Shown: positions 15,901 to 25,424 of the stretch, piece after piece
Layout of the letters: every line of letters begins with the position of its first letter
Position numbering within the stretch: the first letter of the stretch is position 1
DNA from: Candidatus Omnitrophota bacterium
GTDB lineage: Bacteria > Omnitrophota > Gorgyraeia > Aquiviventales > JACQRC01
DNA length: 64,000 nucleotides
Assembly (NCBI GenBank): GCA_016206665.1
Contig: JACQRC010000089.1
Location: forward strand, 8,393 to 72,392
Direction of reading: 5' to 3'
Position numbers and translations under genes: made by a program
The notes under the pieces: model-generated
Database searches by the model: none
Told to the model about the DNA's origin: nothing
What the model saw: only the letters and a program-made list of their open reading frames with translations

Positions 15901-16896
15901 ATGGCCATGCGACGGACGCAGGGGAGGATTCGGATGATGAGCGAGTGCCGGAAGTCCGGGAGCTGCAGGACCCTCTGGTTCGTGCTCGTGGTGGCGGTGG
16001 TGGGGATGGGCGTGGCCCAACCGGGATGGGCCGACGAGACGACCGCGCCGGCATCGGCCTCGGCCCAGCCGCAGGCGCCCACGCAGGCTGTCTCGGAGCC
16101 CTCCACCGGTCAGGCCATCCCGGCCACCTCCGGAGAGATCATCGGCTACCAACCGATCCCCAATAGCGTCCTCGCAGGCATCGCCGCCTCGAATGCGGCC
16201 GCCGTGGCCTCGCCCGCCGCCCAGGAAGGCCAGGCCGCCGCCACCCGGACGAGGGTGCCCACCGACTTTCCGCCGCCGCCCACGACGTACGACCCCATGA
16301 CCTGGTTCGTCGGCCAGGGGCCTTACACGTTGGGCCGGGATGACGTCATCCGCATCCAGGTGCGCAACCAGCCGGACTTTAGCGGCGACTTCATCATCGA
16401 TCCCGAGGGCAGCATCCAGTACAACTACCTCAGCGATATCAAGGTCCTGGGGATGACGAAGACGGAGGTGGAGCAACTGCTCACGCAGCGGCTCGAGCAG
16501 TACATCCGCGCGCCGCAGGTGAGCGTCGTCATCCTGCAGTACAACTCCAAGGCCGTCTACGTCGTAGGCGAGGTGGCCCGGCCCGGCAAGTACATCATGC
16601 GGGGCGATGTGATCAAGCTGCGGGAGGCGATCGTGGCGTCGGGGCTGCCCACGCGCACGGCGGCCCTGGGCCGGACCCACGTCGTCAAGCCTGACCTGGA
16701 CCATCCGCGGATCCGGAAGATCAATTTGAAAAAGATCCTCTATAAAGGCCGGCTCAAGGACGACATCGACCTCTATCCGGGCGAAATCGTCGTCGTCCCC
16801 TCGACCGTGCTGGCTTCCATCAACAACTTCCTCAGCCAACTGCTCAACCCCTTCACCCGCGCCACGGCCGCCGCCGCCGTGGGCGCCGCGCTCTAA
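15901..16896 (+). CDS. polysaccharide export outer-membrane protein (Wza/EpsA family)
   Basis: Signal peptide, then the Poly_export motif (YTLGRDDVIRIQV..) and an SLBB-like repeat (VYVVGEVARPGKY). Confidence 0.75.
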   Translation: MAMRRTQGRIRMMSECRKSGSCRTLWFVLVVAVVGMGVAQPGWADETTAPASASAQPQAPTQAVSEPSTGQAIPATSGEIIGYQPIPNSVLAGIAASNAAAVASPAAQEGQAAATRTRVPTDFPPPPTTYDPMTWFVGQGPYTLGRDDVIRIQVRNQPDFSGDFIIDPEGSIQYNYLSDIKVLGMTKTEVEQLLTQRLEQYIRAPQVSVVILQYNSKAVYVVGEVARPGKYIMRGDVIKLREAIVASGLPTRTAALGRTHVVKPDLDHPRIRKINLKKILYKGRLKDDIDLYPGEIVVVPSTVLASINNFLSQLLNPFTRATAAAAVGAAL

Positions 16897-16898
16897 CC

Positions 16899-18419
16899 AT
16901 GGATACGACGACCGAGCGACGCATTGGCTGGCAGGACTACCTGACGGTCATCCTGCGCCGCCGCTGGTTTTTCGCGATTCCGTGCCTGCTCGTCATCGTC
17001 ATCACCCTGCTCGTGGGGATGTGCATGCCCCGCATCTACCGGGCGGAGACGGTGCTGCTGGTGCAGGAGCCCAACGTCATCAACCCGCTCATCCAGGGGC
17101 TGGCGGTCTCCACGCCGGTGAGCGAACGGCTGCGCACGCTGCGCGAGGAGATCCTGGGTTGGACGAGCCTGAGCCGGCTGGTCAATGAGCTGAAGCTCGC
17201 CCGGCGCATCAACAACCCCGTGGGCTTCGAGCGGCTCATCAAGGAGCTGCAGCAGCAGGTCGAGGTGAGGATGCGCGGACGGGAGCTGTTGGTCATTAGC
17301 TACGAGCACCAGAATCCCAAGTTGGCTCAGCAACTCGTTAGCACCATCTCGTCGATCGTCATCGACCGCAACACCAAGGCCCAGACGGCCGAGGCCGGCA
17401 CGGCGATCAGTTTCATCGAAGGCGAGATGGGCGTCTACCAGAAGAAGCTGGAAGACTCCGAGGCGGCCCTCCGGCAGTTCAAGGAGCTCTATGAGATGCA
17501 GATGCCGGTGGCGACGGAGCTCAATCGGCAGATCATCAACTTGGAGGTGAGCCTCGCGGCGTTGCTGGTGGAAAACACCGAGCAGCATCCGCGCGTCGTC
17601 GAGACCCGCCACCGCATCGCGGACCTCAAGGCGAAGCGCAACGAGGAAATCAAGCGCGTCATCAGCCAGGCGATCAGCCAAGGCCAGGACCCGGCGGTCT
17701 ACCGGGATTTCATCCAGGCGATCGACCAGCCGGTGGATGAGGCCGACGTCCAGACCCCTGCCGTCTTGGCCGCGAAGGAGGCCTATCAGGCCTGGGTCAA
17801 GCGGCTCGATTCCCCGATCGCGACCCCTCCAGCATCGCCGGCGCCCACGGTCCAGCTGGTGACCACGCCGTCGAGCGCCGCAGCCACCGCCCCATCCTTC
17901 GAGCTGGTGGGCGGCAGCGCTGCGTCGGTGACCCTGGCGCCGCGTCAGGAGCAGGAGTTGGCGCGCCTCACCCGCGATTACGAGATCAGCAACCGCACCT
18001 ATCAGCACCTGCAGGAGCGGCTGGAGCGCGCGAAGATCACCCAGCGGCTCGGCGAGTCCGACGAGGGCGTCAAGTTCAAGGTCCTCGAGCCGGCACGGGT
18101 GCCGCTGCGGCCCGTCAAGCCGAACCTGCTCAAGATGTTCTTATTCGGGCTGATGCTGGGCCTGTGTCTGGGGGCGGGGGTGGCCTTTGCCGCGGAATAT
18201 CTCGACCAATCGTTCCAGTCGGCGGAAGAGGTGAGCCACAGCCTGGAACTGCCGGTCCTCGGCTCGATTTCGCCCATCGTGACGCCGGACGACATCGCGC
18301 AGCGCCGGCAGCGGCTGAAGGCCCGGCTCAACCCCAAGCGCTGGCGGGACGTGGCGCTGGAGCGCTGCAAGCCGGTGGCCGCCACCGTGGACCGGCTGCT
18401 GGCCAAGTGGAACCTGTGA
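16899..18419 (+). CDS. polysaccharide chain-length determinant protein (Wzz/GumC-like; PEP-CTERM-locus type)
   Basis: N-terminal TM plus Wzz domain (YLTVILRRRWFFAIPCLLVIV), long coiled-coil periplasmic region and C-terminal TM. Confidence 0.7.
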   Translation: MDTTTERRIGWQDYLTVILRRRWFFAIPCLLVIVITLLVGMCMPRIYRAETVLLVQEPNVINPLIQGLAVSTPVSERLRTLREEILGWTSLSRLVNELKLARRINNPVGFERLIKELQQQVEVRMRGRELLVISYEHQNPKLAQQLVSTISSIVIDRNTKAQTAEAGTAISFIEGEMGVYQKKLEDSEAALRQFKELYEMQMPVATELNRQIINLEVSLAALLVENTEQHPRVVETRHRIADLKAKRNEEIKRVISQAISQGQDPAVYRDFIQAIDQPVDEADVQTPAVLAAKEAYQAWVKRLDSPIATPPASPAPTVQLVTTPSSAAATAPSFELVGGSAASVTLAPRQEQELARLTRDYEISNRTYQHLQERLERAKITQRLGESDEGVKFKVLEPARVPLRPVKPNLLKMFLFGLMLGLCLGAGVAFAAEYLDQSFQSAEEVSHSLELPVLGSISPIVTPDDIAQRRQRLKARLNPKRWRDVALERCKPVAATVDRLLAKWNL

Positions 18420-18430
18420 GCTGAGCCGCC

Positions 18431-19258
18431 ATGTACGAAGCCTTCTTCGGCCTGCGTGAAAAACCCTTCAACATGACACCGGACCCCCGGTATTTCTACC
18501 CCTCCATCAAGCACGTCGAGGCGCTCAATCACATGGCCTATGCCGTGGAGCAGCGGCGGGGCTTCGTGGTGCTGACGGGGGAGATCGGCTCCGGCAAGAC
18601 GACGGTGTCGCGGGTGCTCTTGTCCCGGTTGAAGGCCCCCATCAAGACGGCCGTGATTCGCAACACGCACTTGACCGCCAAGGATCTCATCAGCCGCACC
18701 CTCGACGAGTTCGAGGTGGCCTACACCCCGGGCACCAAGACGCAGCTGTTGGACCAGCTCAACGCCTATCTCATCGACCAGCTGCGCGCCGGGGCGAACG
18801 TGGTGCTGCTGGTGGATGAAGCGCAAAACCTCTCGCCCCGCCTGCTCGAAGAGATCCGCATGCTCTCCAACCTGGAAACCGACCAGGAGAAACTCATCCA
18901 GATCGTGCTGATGGGCCAGCCGGAGCTGAAGGGCAAGCTCTGGCTGCGGTCCCTGACCCAATTTCGGCAGCGCGTCACCGTCTATTACCACCTGACGCCG
19001 CTCGATGTCGAGGAGACGGCGGCCTACATCCACCACCGGCTGCGCGTGGCAGGCGCCAACGGCTCCCCGGCGTTCACCGACACGGCCTGCCGCGGCGTCT
19101 TCGAACACTCCCACGGCATCCCGCGCCTGATCAACGCGCTCTGCGATCATGCGCTGCTCACGGGGTACGTGAATGAGTCGAAGATCATCGACCAGGACGT
19201 CATTGACGAAGTCGCGACGGAATTGCCTTCATTAACCGAAGCGCCCGTCGCGAGTTAG
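18431..19258 (+). CDS. ExeA/GspA-like AAA ATPase (PEP-CTERM/exosortase-system-associated ATPase)
   Basis: Starts MYEAFFGLREKPFNMTPDPRYFY and has Walker A GEIGSGKTT. This N-terminus is characteristic of the ATPase found in exosortase EPS loci. Confidence 0.7.
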   Translation: MYEAFFGLREKPFNMTPDPRYFYPSIKHVEALNHMAYAVEQRRGFVVLTGEIGSGKTTVSRVLLSRLKAPIKTAVIRNTHLTAKDLISRTLDEFEVAYTPGTKTQLLDQLNAYLIDQLRAGANVVLLVDEAQNLSPRLLEEIRMLSNLETDQEKLIQIVLMGQPELKGKLWLRSLTQFRQRVTVYYHLTPLDVEETAAYIHHRLRVAGANGSPAFTDTACRGVFEHSHGIPRLINALCDHALLTGYVNESKIIDQDVIDEVATELPSLTEAPVAS

Positions 19259-19276
19259 GGAGGAATCTAAGGAGCC

Positions 19277-20164
19277 ATGAGCAAGATCACGAAGGCCCTG
19301 GAAAAGGCGGCGCGCGAGCGGCTGCAGCGCGAGCAGGAGCACCCCACCGTCTCGCCCGTGGTCACCCAGGTGTCGCTGGCCATCGCCGAGGCGGAGGGAA
19401 TCGCGTCGGCCGGCCAGGTGACCATCGACCCGCACATCGTCGCCGCCACCGACGCCAGCTCCCCGATTGCGGAGCAGTATCGCATTCTGCGCACGAACCT
19501 CCAGTCGCTGCGGCTGCGGTCCGGGCCGAAGGTGGTGGTGGTGACGAGCGCGATGCATAGCGAGGGCAAGACCGTCACCGCCGTCAACCTCGCCCTGACG
19601 CTCGCCCGGCAGGAGGGCTTGCGCGTCGTGCTGGTGGATGCGGACCTGCGCAAGGGGTCGGTCCATCAATGGCTGGGGTTGGGCGAGCGGACGACGGGGC
19701 TGGCCACGGTGCTGGCCAATGGGGGCCTCCTGAACGGCGCGCTCGTGCGGCTGGAGACACCGCCGCTCGCCGCGCTGTTAGCAGGGCCCAAACCGGAGCA
19801 TCCGGCGGAGCTGCTGCAATCGGCCGCCATGCCGCGCCTGCTGGCCGCATTGAAGACCCAGTTCGACGTCATCGTGGTCGATGCGCCGCCGGTGCTGCCG
19901 GTGGCCGACCCGAGCATCCTGGGCGCGTACGCCGATGGTGTGCTCCTGGTCGTCAAGGCCGGCGTCACGCAGCGCCGCGTCGTCCAACAGGCCAAAGCGC
20001 TGCTGCAACAGGCGAAGGTGCCGCTGTTGGGCTGCGTGCTGACGAATGTGGCGTTCGACCCGACCGGGCTCTACCGATACTACCGTTACTACCGCGACGG
20101 CCACGCACCCGCCGCGGCAGCGAACGGCAACGCCGCCCCAGCCGCCGAATCCGCAGCCGCCTGA
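19277..20164 (+). CDS. BY-kinase (CpsD/CapB-family tyrosine-protein kinase) of the split Wzz/kinase pair
   Basis: Walker A SEGKTVTAVNLA, VLVDADLRKG Walker A'. C-terminal tyrosine cluster YRYYRYYRDGH. Confidence 0.75.
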   Translation: MSKITKALEKAARERLQREQEHPTVSPVVTQVSLAIAEAEGIASAGQVTIDPHIVAATDASSPIAEQYRILRTNLQSLRLRSGPKVVVVTSAMHSEGKTVTAVNLALTLARQEGLRVVLVDADLRKGSVHQWLGLGERTTGLATVLANGGLLNGALVRLETPPLAALLAGPKPEHPAELLQSAAMPRLLAALKTQFDVIVVDAPPVLPVADPSILGAYADGVLLVVKAGVTQRRVVQQAKALLQQAKVPLLGCVLTNVAFDPTGLYRYYRYYRDGHAPAAAANGNAAPAAESAAA

Positions 20165-20208
20165 TCGCCGTGTCGCTCTGCTCCTCCATGCCATCCCGGA
20201 GGTAAGCC

Positions 20209-21360
20209 GTGGCCGTCCTCGTCGTTGACGCGCATTTTAAGCAGGCCCTCGTGGTCACGCGCAGCCTCGGCCGCCGCGGCGTCGCCGTCGACCTGGTGGC
20301 CCACTCGGCGTACGCGCCCGCCTTTGCCTCCAAGTACTGCCGCCGGGCCTTTCAGTCCCCTGTGCGCAAGGACCAAGACGCCTTCGTTGAGTTCCTGCTC
20401 AGCCTCGTCAAGCGGGAGCGGTACGACTTCATCCTCACCTGTGAGGATGACTCGACGCGATTGCTCTCCGAGGCGCGCAGCCGCTTTGAGCCCTACACGC
20501 AGGTGCCGCTGCCGCCCCATGACGTCGTGCAGCTGACGCTGGACAAGGCCCGGATGACCCAGTTTGCTGCGGCGCACGGCATCCCGGTCCCGCGCACCCA
20601 CTATGCGCGCACGTTCGAGGAGATTGAACGGGCGGCCCAGGAGATTGGCCGTTGGCCGGTGGTCTTGAAGTACCCGGTCGGCTATGGCTCGCGGGGAGTG
20701 AAGCCGTGCCACTCGCGGCAGGCGCTGCGGCAGCACTATGATGCGTGCCTGCAGCGGTTCGCGCCATCCACCAGCTCCTGGCTGGTGCAGGAGTGCATCG
20801 GCGGCGACAATTACGGCAACCACCACTTGTGCCGCCACGGCAGCACCCTCGTTTCGACGCAGGCGAGGCTGCTCAAGACGTTTCCGGTGGCGGGCGGCAA
20901 CACGGCCAAGGCGGTCACCGTCTCTGAGCCTGACATGGAGCAGAGTTCCCGCAAGCTCCTCGCAGCGCTGGGCTGGCATGGTGTGGCCTGTTTAGGTTTT
21001 CGCTATGACCCTGTGAGCCGGCGGTTCGTCTTCCTCGATGTCAATCCGCGTTTCGGGGGGTCGCTGTTCCTGCACGTCCTGGGAGGGGTTGATTTCCCCT
21101 ATCTCCTGCATTGCATAGTGACCGGTCGGGAGGTGTCGGTGAACGGCCGCTTTCGCACAGGGGTTTTGTACCACTCCATCTTTGAGGAGAATCTCCAGCG
21201 GGCCGTGCTGCATCCGCGCTATTTCCTGGGATACTTGTGGGACTGCCTCGACCCGCGTGTGCGTACCGAAATTGCCTGGTCCGATCTCGGCCCCATACCC
21301 AACCAGGTGCGGCAGGCGCTGTGGCGCCTCCAACGGCGGAAAGAAACGGTGGCTGCATGA
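20209..21360 (+). CDS. ATP-grasp domain enzyme (carboxylate-amine ligase-like)
   Basis: ATP-grasp fold signatures (PVPRT.., WPVVLKYPVGYGSRGV). GTG start with a GGAGG RBS. Confidence 0.55.
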   Translation: MAVLVVDAHFKQALVVTRSLGRRGVAVDLVAHSAYAPAFASKYCRRAFQSPVRKDQDAFVEFLLSLVKRERYDFILTCEDDSTRLLSEARSRFEPYTQVPLPPHDVVQLTLDKARMTQFAAAHGIPVPRTHYARTFEEIERAAQEIGRWPVVLKYPVGYGSRGVKPCHSRQALRQHYDACLQRFAPSTSSWLVQECIGGDNYGNHHLCRHGSTLVSTQARLLKTFPVAGGNTAKAVTVSEPDMEQSSRKLLAALGWHGVACLGFRYDPVSRRFVFLDVNPRFGGSLFLHVLGGVDFPYLLHCIVTGREVSVNGRFRTGVLYHSIFEENLQRAVLHPRYFLGYLWDCLDPRVRTEIAWSDLGPIPNQVRQALWRLQRRKETVAA

Positions 21361-22805
21361 AGAACCTGAAATCGGCGACCCTCTCCGGCATCGCGTGGGT
21401 CTTGGTGGCGAGCGGCAGCCAGAAGGTGCTCGGCATCGCGACGACGATTGTTCTCGCCCGGTTGCTGAGCCCCGGCGACTTCGGCCTGTTTGCGCTGGCG
21501 TTCGTCCTCATCGACGGCTTCGGCCTCTTCAAGAGCCTTGGCGTCGATTTGGCCCTGATCCGGCAGCAGGAGCGGGTCGACGAGGCCGCCGATACCGCGT
21601 TCTGTCTCTTGCCGTTCATCGGCCTGTCCTTGTCGGCGCTGCTGTATGTCGCCGCGCCGTGGGCCGCGGTGCTGCTGCGCCATCCCGAGGTGGCGCCGCT
21701 CGTCCGGGCGCTCTCCGCCATCTTCGTCTTCTCGTGTCTGGCCCAAGTGCCGAACATCCTCATGCAGAAGCGGCTGTGGTTCTGGAAGCGCGGCCTCGCC
21801 GAGACCGTGGCGACAATCAGCTATGCGGCCGCCGCGATCGGCCTGGCCGTCGCCGGGTGCGGGGTCTGGAGTCTGGTCTATGCCTATCTGCTGAAAACGG
21901 CCGTCCATTTGGCGATGGTCTGGAGCTTTGCCGGCTGGCGGCCACGCTTGCAGTTCCGCTGGGAGCTGGCCGTGCAGATGTTGCGGTACGGCAAGTACAT
22001 CCTGGGCGGCAGTTTGCTGATGTTTGTGAAGAACAATGTCGACAACGTGATCGTGGGCGCGCTGTTGGGCACCACGGCCTTGGGCTATTACGCCCTCGCC
22101 TTCAATCTCTCAACCTTCACCTCGGCGCACGTCACGGGCCGGATGTTCGGCGTCCTCTTTCCGGCGTTTTCCCAGCTGCAGGATGATGATGCGGCGCTCT
22201 GCCGGGCCTTTCTCAAGGCCCTCAAGCTCATCGCCTTGATCTCCGTGCCGTTCGGCCTGGCGCTGGTCGTCCTGGCCCCGATGGTGCTGCAGACCATCTA
22301 TGGATCGCAGTGGCTGGCGGCGAGCGAGGTCCTGCGTTTGCTGGCGGTCGGCGGCATGCTGAAGGCCTTGGGCGGCAGCCAAAGTCCCGTCTTGCTCGCC
22401 AAGGGCCGCGCCCGGGTCGACTTCTGGGTCAACGTGGCCCACGTGGGCAGCTTTTTGGTATTCATCGTGCCGCTGACCCGCCTCTGGGGTCTGCGTGGCG
22501 CGGGGTATGTCGTCTTGCTCTCCGGGGGCGTCTCCTTCCTCGTCGGCATGTGGCGGGTCCGGCGGGTGCTGCCCGTCTCCTGGAGCGCCATCGCCACGGC
22601 GATGCGGCCGGCCCTCATCGGGTCGGTCCTGATGTTAGCGGTCTTTGAGGGCTTGACGCTGTGGCGGCAAGGGTTCACCGCCTGGCCATCGACGCTGTCG
22701 ATCCCGGGTTTTCTGACGATGGCGGCGGTCTCGGTCATCGCGTATGTGGGCGTGGTCGTGCTGATCGACCGCGAGATCCGGTTGGAAGTCCAGAGGATCG
22801 TCTGA
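21357..22805 (+). CDS. wzx: polysaccharide flippase (Wzx/MOP superfamily)
   Basis: ~12 predicted TMs and the N-terminal pattern SGIAWVLVASGSQKVLGIATTIVLARLL typical of Wzx flippases. ATGA overlap with the upstream gene. Confidence 0.7.
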   Translation: MKNLKSATLSGIAWVLVASGSQKVLGIATTIVLARLLSPGDFGLFALAFVLIDGFGLFKSLGVDLALIRQQERVDEAADTAFCLLPFIGLSLSALLYVAAPWAAVLLRHPEVAPLVRALSAIFVFSCLAQVPNILMQKRLWFWKRGLAETVATISYAAAAIGLAVAGCGVWSLVYAYLLKTAVHLAMVWSFAGWRPRLQFRWELAVQMLRYGKYILGGSLLMFVKNNVDNVIVGALLGTTALGYYALAFNLSTFTSAHVTGRMFGVLFPAFSQLQDDDAALCRAFLKALKLIALISVPFGLALVVLAPMVLQTIYGSQWLAASEVLRLLAVGGMLKALGGSQSPVLLAKGRARVDFWVNVAHVGSFLVFIVPLTRLWGLRGAGYVVLLSGGVSFLVGMWRVRRVLPVSWSAIATAMRPALIGSVLMLAVFEGLTLWRQGFTAWPSTLSIPGFLTMAAVSVIAYVGVVVLIDREIRLEVQRIV

Positions 22806-23722
22806 TGATGCGAGCGGCTGCCTGGTACCAACAGCAGTGGGACGCAGGGATCCGGCTCCAGCCGGAGCGGGACCTGGTCACGAATTTCCTGGATGAATTG
22901 GAGGCCTATTCGCGGCTGCCGCGGGCGGAGGTCGAAGCGCTCTTTTACCACGGCACCGAAGCCTTTGCCCAGGAATGGGAGCAGAAGTATAAAACCGACC
23001 CCCAGGCCCGGGTCAAGTTCTATGACGAGGCGCTGACGCACATCTTCTTTGTCATGCACAACAGCGCCCTGCGGACCCACTTGAGCAGCCCCTTGCTCTA
23101 TGTGTACGCCGCCGAGTGGGCCAGGCAATCGGGGGCGCGTCGCTATCTCGACTACGGCTCCGGCACCGGCTCTGGCGCCATCTTTTTCGCGCGCTCCAGC
23201 GTCGAGACGACCCTGGCCGACATCTCGAGCCGGATGCTGGACTTCGCGCGGTGGCGGCTGGAGCGGCGGGGGCTGGCCGCAAGCTACCTAGACGTCAAGA
23301 TGACGTCGTTGCCGCGCAACCACTACGACTTCATCACCTGCTTTCATGTGCTGCAGCACGTCGAGGACCCCATCGCGACCCTGCGCCAATTGCGCGAGGC
23401 GCTGACGGACGGGGGGATCCTCATCGTGAATGGGGCCTTGCGCAAGGATCCGGACCGACCCATGCAACCGGATCATGGCGGGGCACGGACGACGCGCCAC
23501 TACCGGTCGGTCGGGTTTCAAATCCTTTGGGAGCGGAACCGCGCGATGCGGCATCTGTCAAACACTAATCCGATCGCCCTGCAGAGGGTCGAGCGGCCGG
23601 CGGTCGTCAACGGCGCGTACCTGGCGTTTGATTCGCTGTTGGCCTCACCCGTGGGCGCGCTGACGGCTGCGGCGGCCCGCGCGGTCCGCGGACGGAAAGC
23701 CCGCACCGAGGTGGCGGCATGA
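22805..23722 (+). CDS. class I SAM-dependent methyltransferase
   Basis: Motif I YLDYGSGTGSGAIFFA, then acidic motif II and TCFHVLQHV post-I. Confidence 0.65.
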   Translation: MMRAAAWYQQQWDAGIRLQPERDLVTNFLDELEAYSRLPRAEVEALFYHGTEAFAQEWEQKYKTDPQARVKFYDEALTHIFFVMHNSALRTHLSSPLLYVYAAEWARQSGARRYLDYGSGTGSGAIFFARSSVETTLADISSRMLDFARWRLERRGLAASYLDVKMTSLPRNHYDFITCFHVLQHVEDPIATLRQLREALTDGGILIVNGALRKDPDRPMQPDHGGARTTRHYRSVGFQILWERNRAMRHLSNTNPIALQRVERPAVVNGAYLAFDSLLASPVGALTAAAARAVRGRKARTEVAA

Positions 23723-25422
23723 GCGCGACGACGGCCACCGCACATCCACGCTTCCTCGCCATCGGGCTTGACGGAGCCACCTGGACCATCCTGCGCCCCC
23801 TCATGGAGCAGGGACTCCTGCCGCATTTGCAACGGCTGGTCTCGGAGGGAGCGTCGGGGGAGTTACTCTCCACGGTGCCGGCCCACTCGGGGCCGGCTTG
23901 GACGACCTTCATGACCGGGGTCAACCCGGGCAAACACGGCGTCTTCGGTTTCACGACACGGCTGTTTAACGGGAAGGTCGGCAGCCGTCCGACCAGCTCC
24001 CGCGACATCCAAGCGCCCACCATCTTTCAGCTCCTCGGGGAGGCGGGCCAGGTCGTGGGTTCGGTCAACCTGCCCATGACCTACCCGCCGTTTCCCGTGA
24101 ACGGTTTTCTCATCTCCGATGACATGCTCCGACCGCCGCGTGGCGGGGAGTTCACCTATCCGACGGACGTCTTAGCCCGCATCGGCCTCGACCCGGCGTC
24201 CTACAACGAAGGCGGCGTCCGCACCGAGCGGCACGACGGCCGTGATGAGGCCCTCATCGAGGACTCCTTGCGCCGCATCGAGATCCGCGTGCAGGTCACC
24301 CTGCGGCTCATGGCCTCCTACGACTGGCGCTATCTTGTCGTGGTCTTTACCGAAACGGACCGGGTGCAGCACCTCTTGTGGCATGTGCTCGACCCCGCGC
24401 ATCCGCGGTATGAGGAGGCGCTGGTCCAGCGCCTGCGGCCGCGGCTGCTCGAGGTCTATCGCGCGGCGGACCGGGCGATCGGGGCGTTGGCGGCTCAGGC
24501 GGGGCCGTCGTCGGTCGTGACCGTGGTCTCGGACCACGGCTTCGGCCCCCAGAAGGCGCACCTCCTGGTCAACCACGTGCTGGCCCAGTCGGGGCTGCTC
24601 GCCTTCGCCCCTACGCCGGTCCTGCCGTGGCCGTACCGAGTGCGGGGTTTTCTCCACCGCCATGTGGCGCCGTATCGGTGGCTGAAGCGCGGGCGGCAGA
24701 TGGTAAACCACAACCGGCAACAACGCAAACCCGTCAAGCGGTACATCGGCTTCAACGCCACCCAGGAGGTGGCCAGCCGGATCGACTGGTCCCGTTCGTA
24801 CATTTACTCCTTCACGGAAGCCAGCGCAGGGGTCCACGTCAACTTGAAGGGTCGCGAGCCGCACGGGGTCGTCGAGCAGGGCGACCACTACGACCAGGTG
24901 CGCCGACAGGCGATTGCCGCGCTCTCACAGGTGCGCGATCCGCAAACGGGTGAGGTCGTGCCGATCAGCTGGCATCCCAAAGAGGCCTTCTACCACGGGC
25001 CGTGCACCGAGCACGCGCCCGACATCCTGTGCGTCAACGAGTCCGATTACAAGCCGAACAGTCAGATCGCGGAGAACCGACAGGAACTCTATCTGCCGAC
25101 GGTCTACACGACTGGCTGGCACCGGGCGGAGGGCATCGTCGTCCTCGCCGGGCCGGGCATCCGACGCGGGGTCGTGTTGGCCCCGTCATCGATCGCCGAC
25201 CTGGCACCGACCACATTACATTACCTCGGCTGTCCGGTCCCCGCCCATATGGATGGCCGCGTCCTCGAAGCGGCCCTGGAGCCGTCCTGGCTGGCGACGC
25301 ACCCGATTCAGCGAGGCCAGGCGGTCATCAAGGCACAGACCGCCGCGGCAGCCGAGGTCTACTCCCCCGAGGAGATGGCGAAGATCGAGCAGCGACTCGG
25401 GGATTTGGGCTATCTGGAGTAG
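23719..25422 (+). CDS. alkaline-phosphatase-superfamily enzyme (type I phosphodiesterase / nucleotide pyrophosphatase family)
   Basis: N-terminal FLAIGLDGATW metal-binding motif and overall AP-like layout. Confidence 0.6.
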   Translation: MSATTATAHPRFLAIGLDGATWTILRPLMEQGLLPHLQRLVSEGASGELLSTVPAHSGPAWTTFMTGVNPGKHGVFGFTTRLFNGKVGSRPTSSRDIQAPTIFQLLGEAGQVVGSVNLPMTYPPFPVNGFLISDDMLRPPRGGEFTYPTDVLARIGLDPASYNEGGVRTERHDGRDEALIEDSLRRIEIRVQVTLRLMASYDWRYLVVVFTETDRVQHLLWHVLDPAHPRYEEALVQRLRPRLLEVYRAADRAIGALAAQAGPSSVVTVVSDHGFGPQKAHLLVNHVLAQSGLLAFAPTPVLPWPYRVRGFLHRHVAPYRWLKRGRQMVNHNRQQRKPVKRYIGFNATQEVASRIDWSRSYIYSFTEASAGVHVNLKGREPHGVVEQGDHYDQVRRQAIAALSQVRDPQTGEVVPISWHPKEAFYHGPCTEHAPDILCVNESDYKPNSQIAENRQELYLPTVYTTGWHRAEGIVVLAGPGIRRGVVLAPSSIADLAPTTLHYLGCPVPAHMDGRVLEAALEPSWLATHPIQRGQAVIKAQTAAAAEVYSPEEMAKIEQRLGDLGYLE

Positions 25423-25424
25423 CG

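Noticed and set aside
15865-19150. Long minus-strand ORFs (15865-16839, 16893-18008, 18002-19150) antisense to the EPS genes
   Set aside because: They overlap well-supported + strand genes (Wza, Wzz, ExeA-like ATPase). They are Arg/Gly/Pro-rich low-complexity translations typical of spurious antisense ORFs in high-GC DNA.
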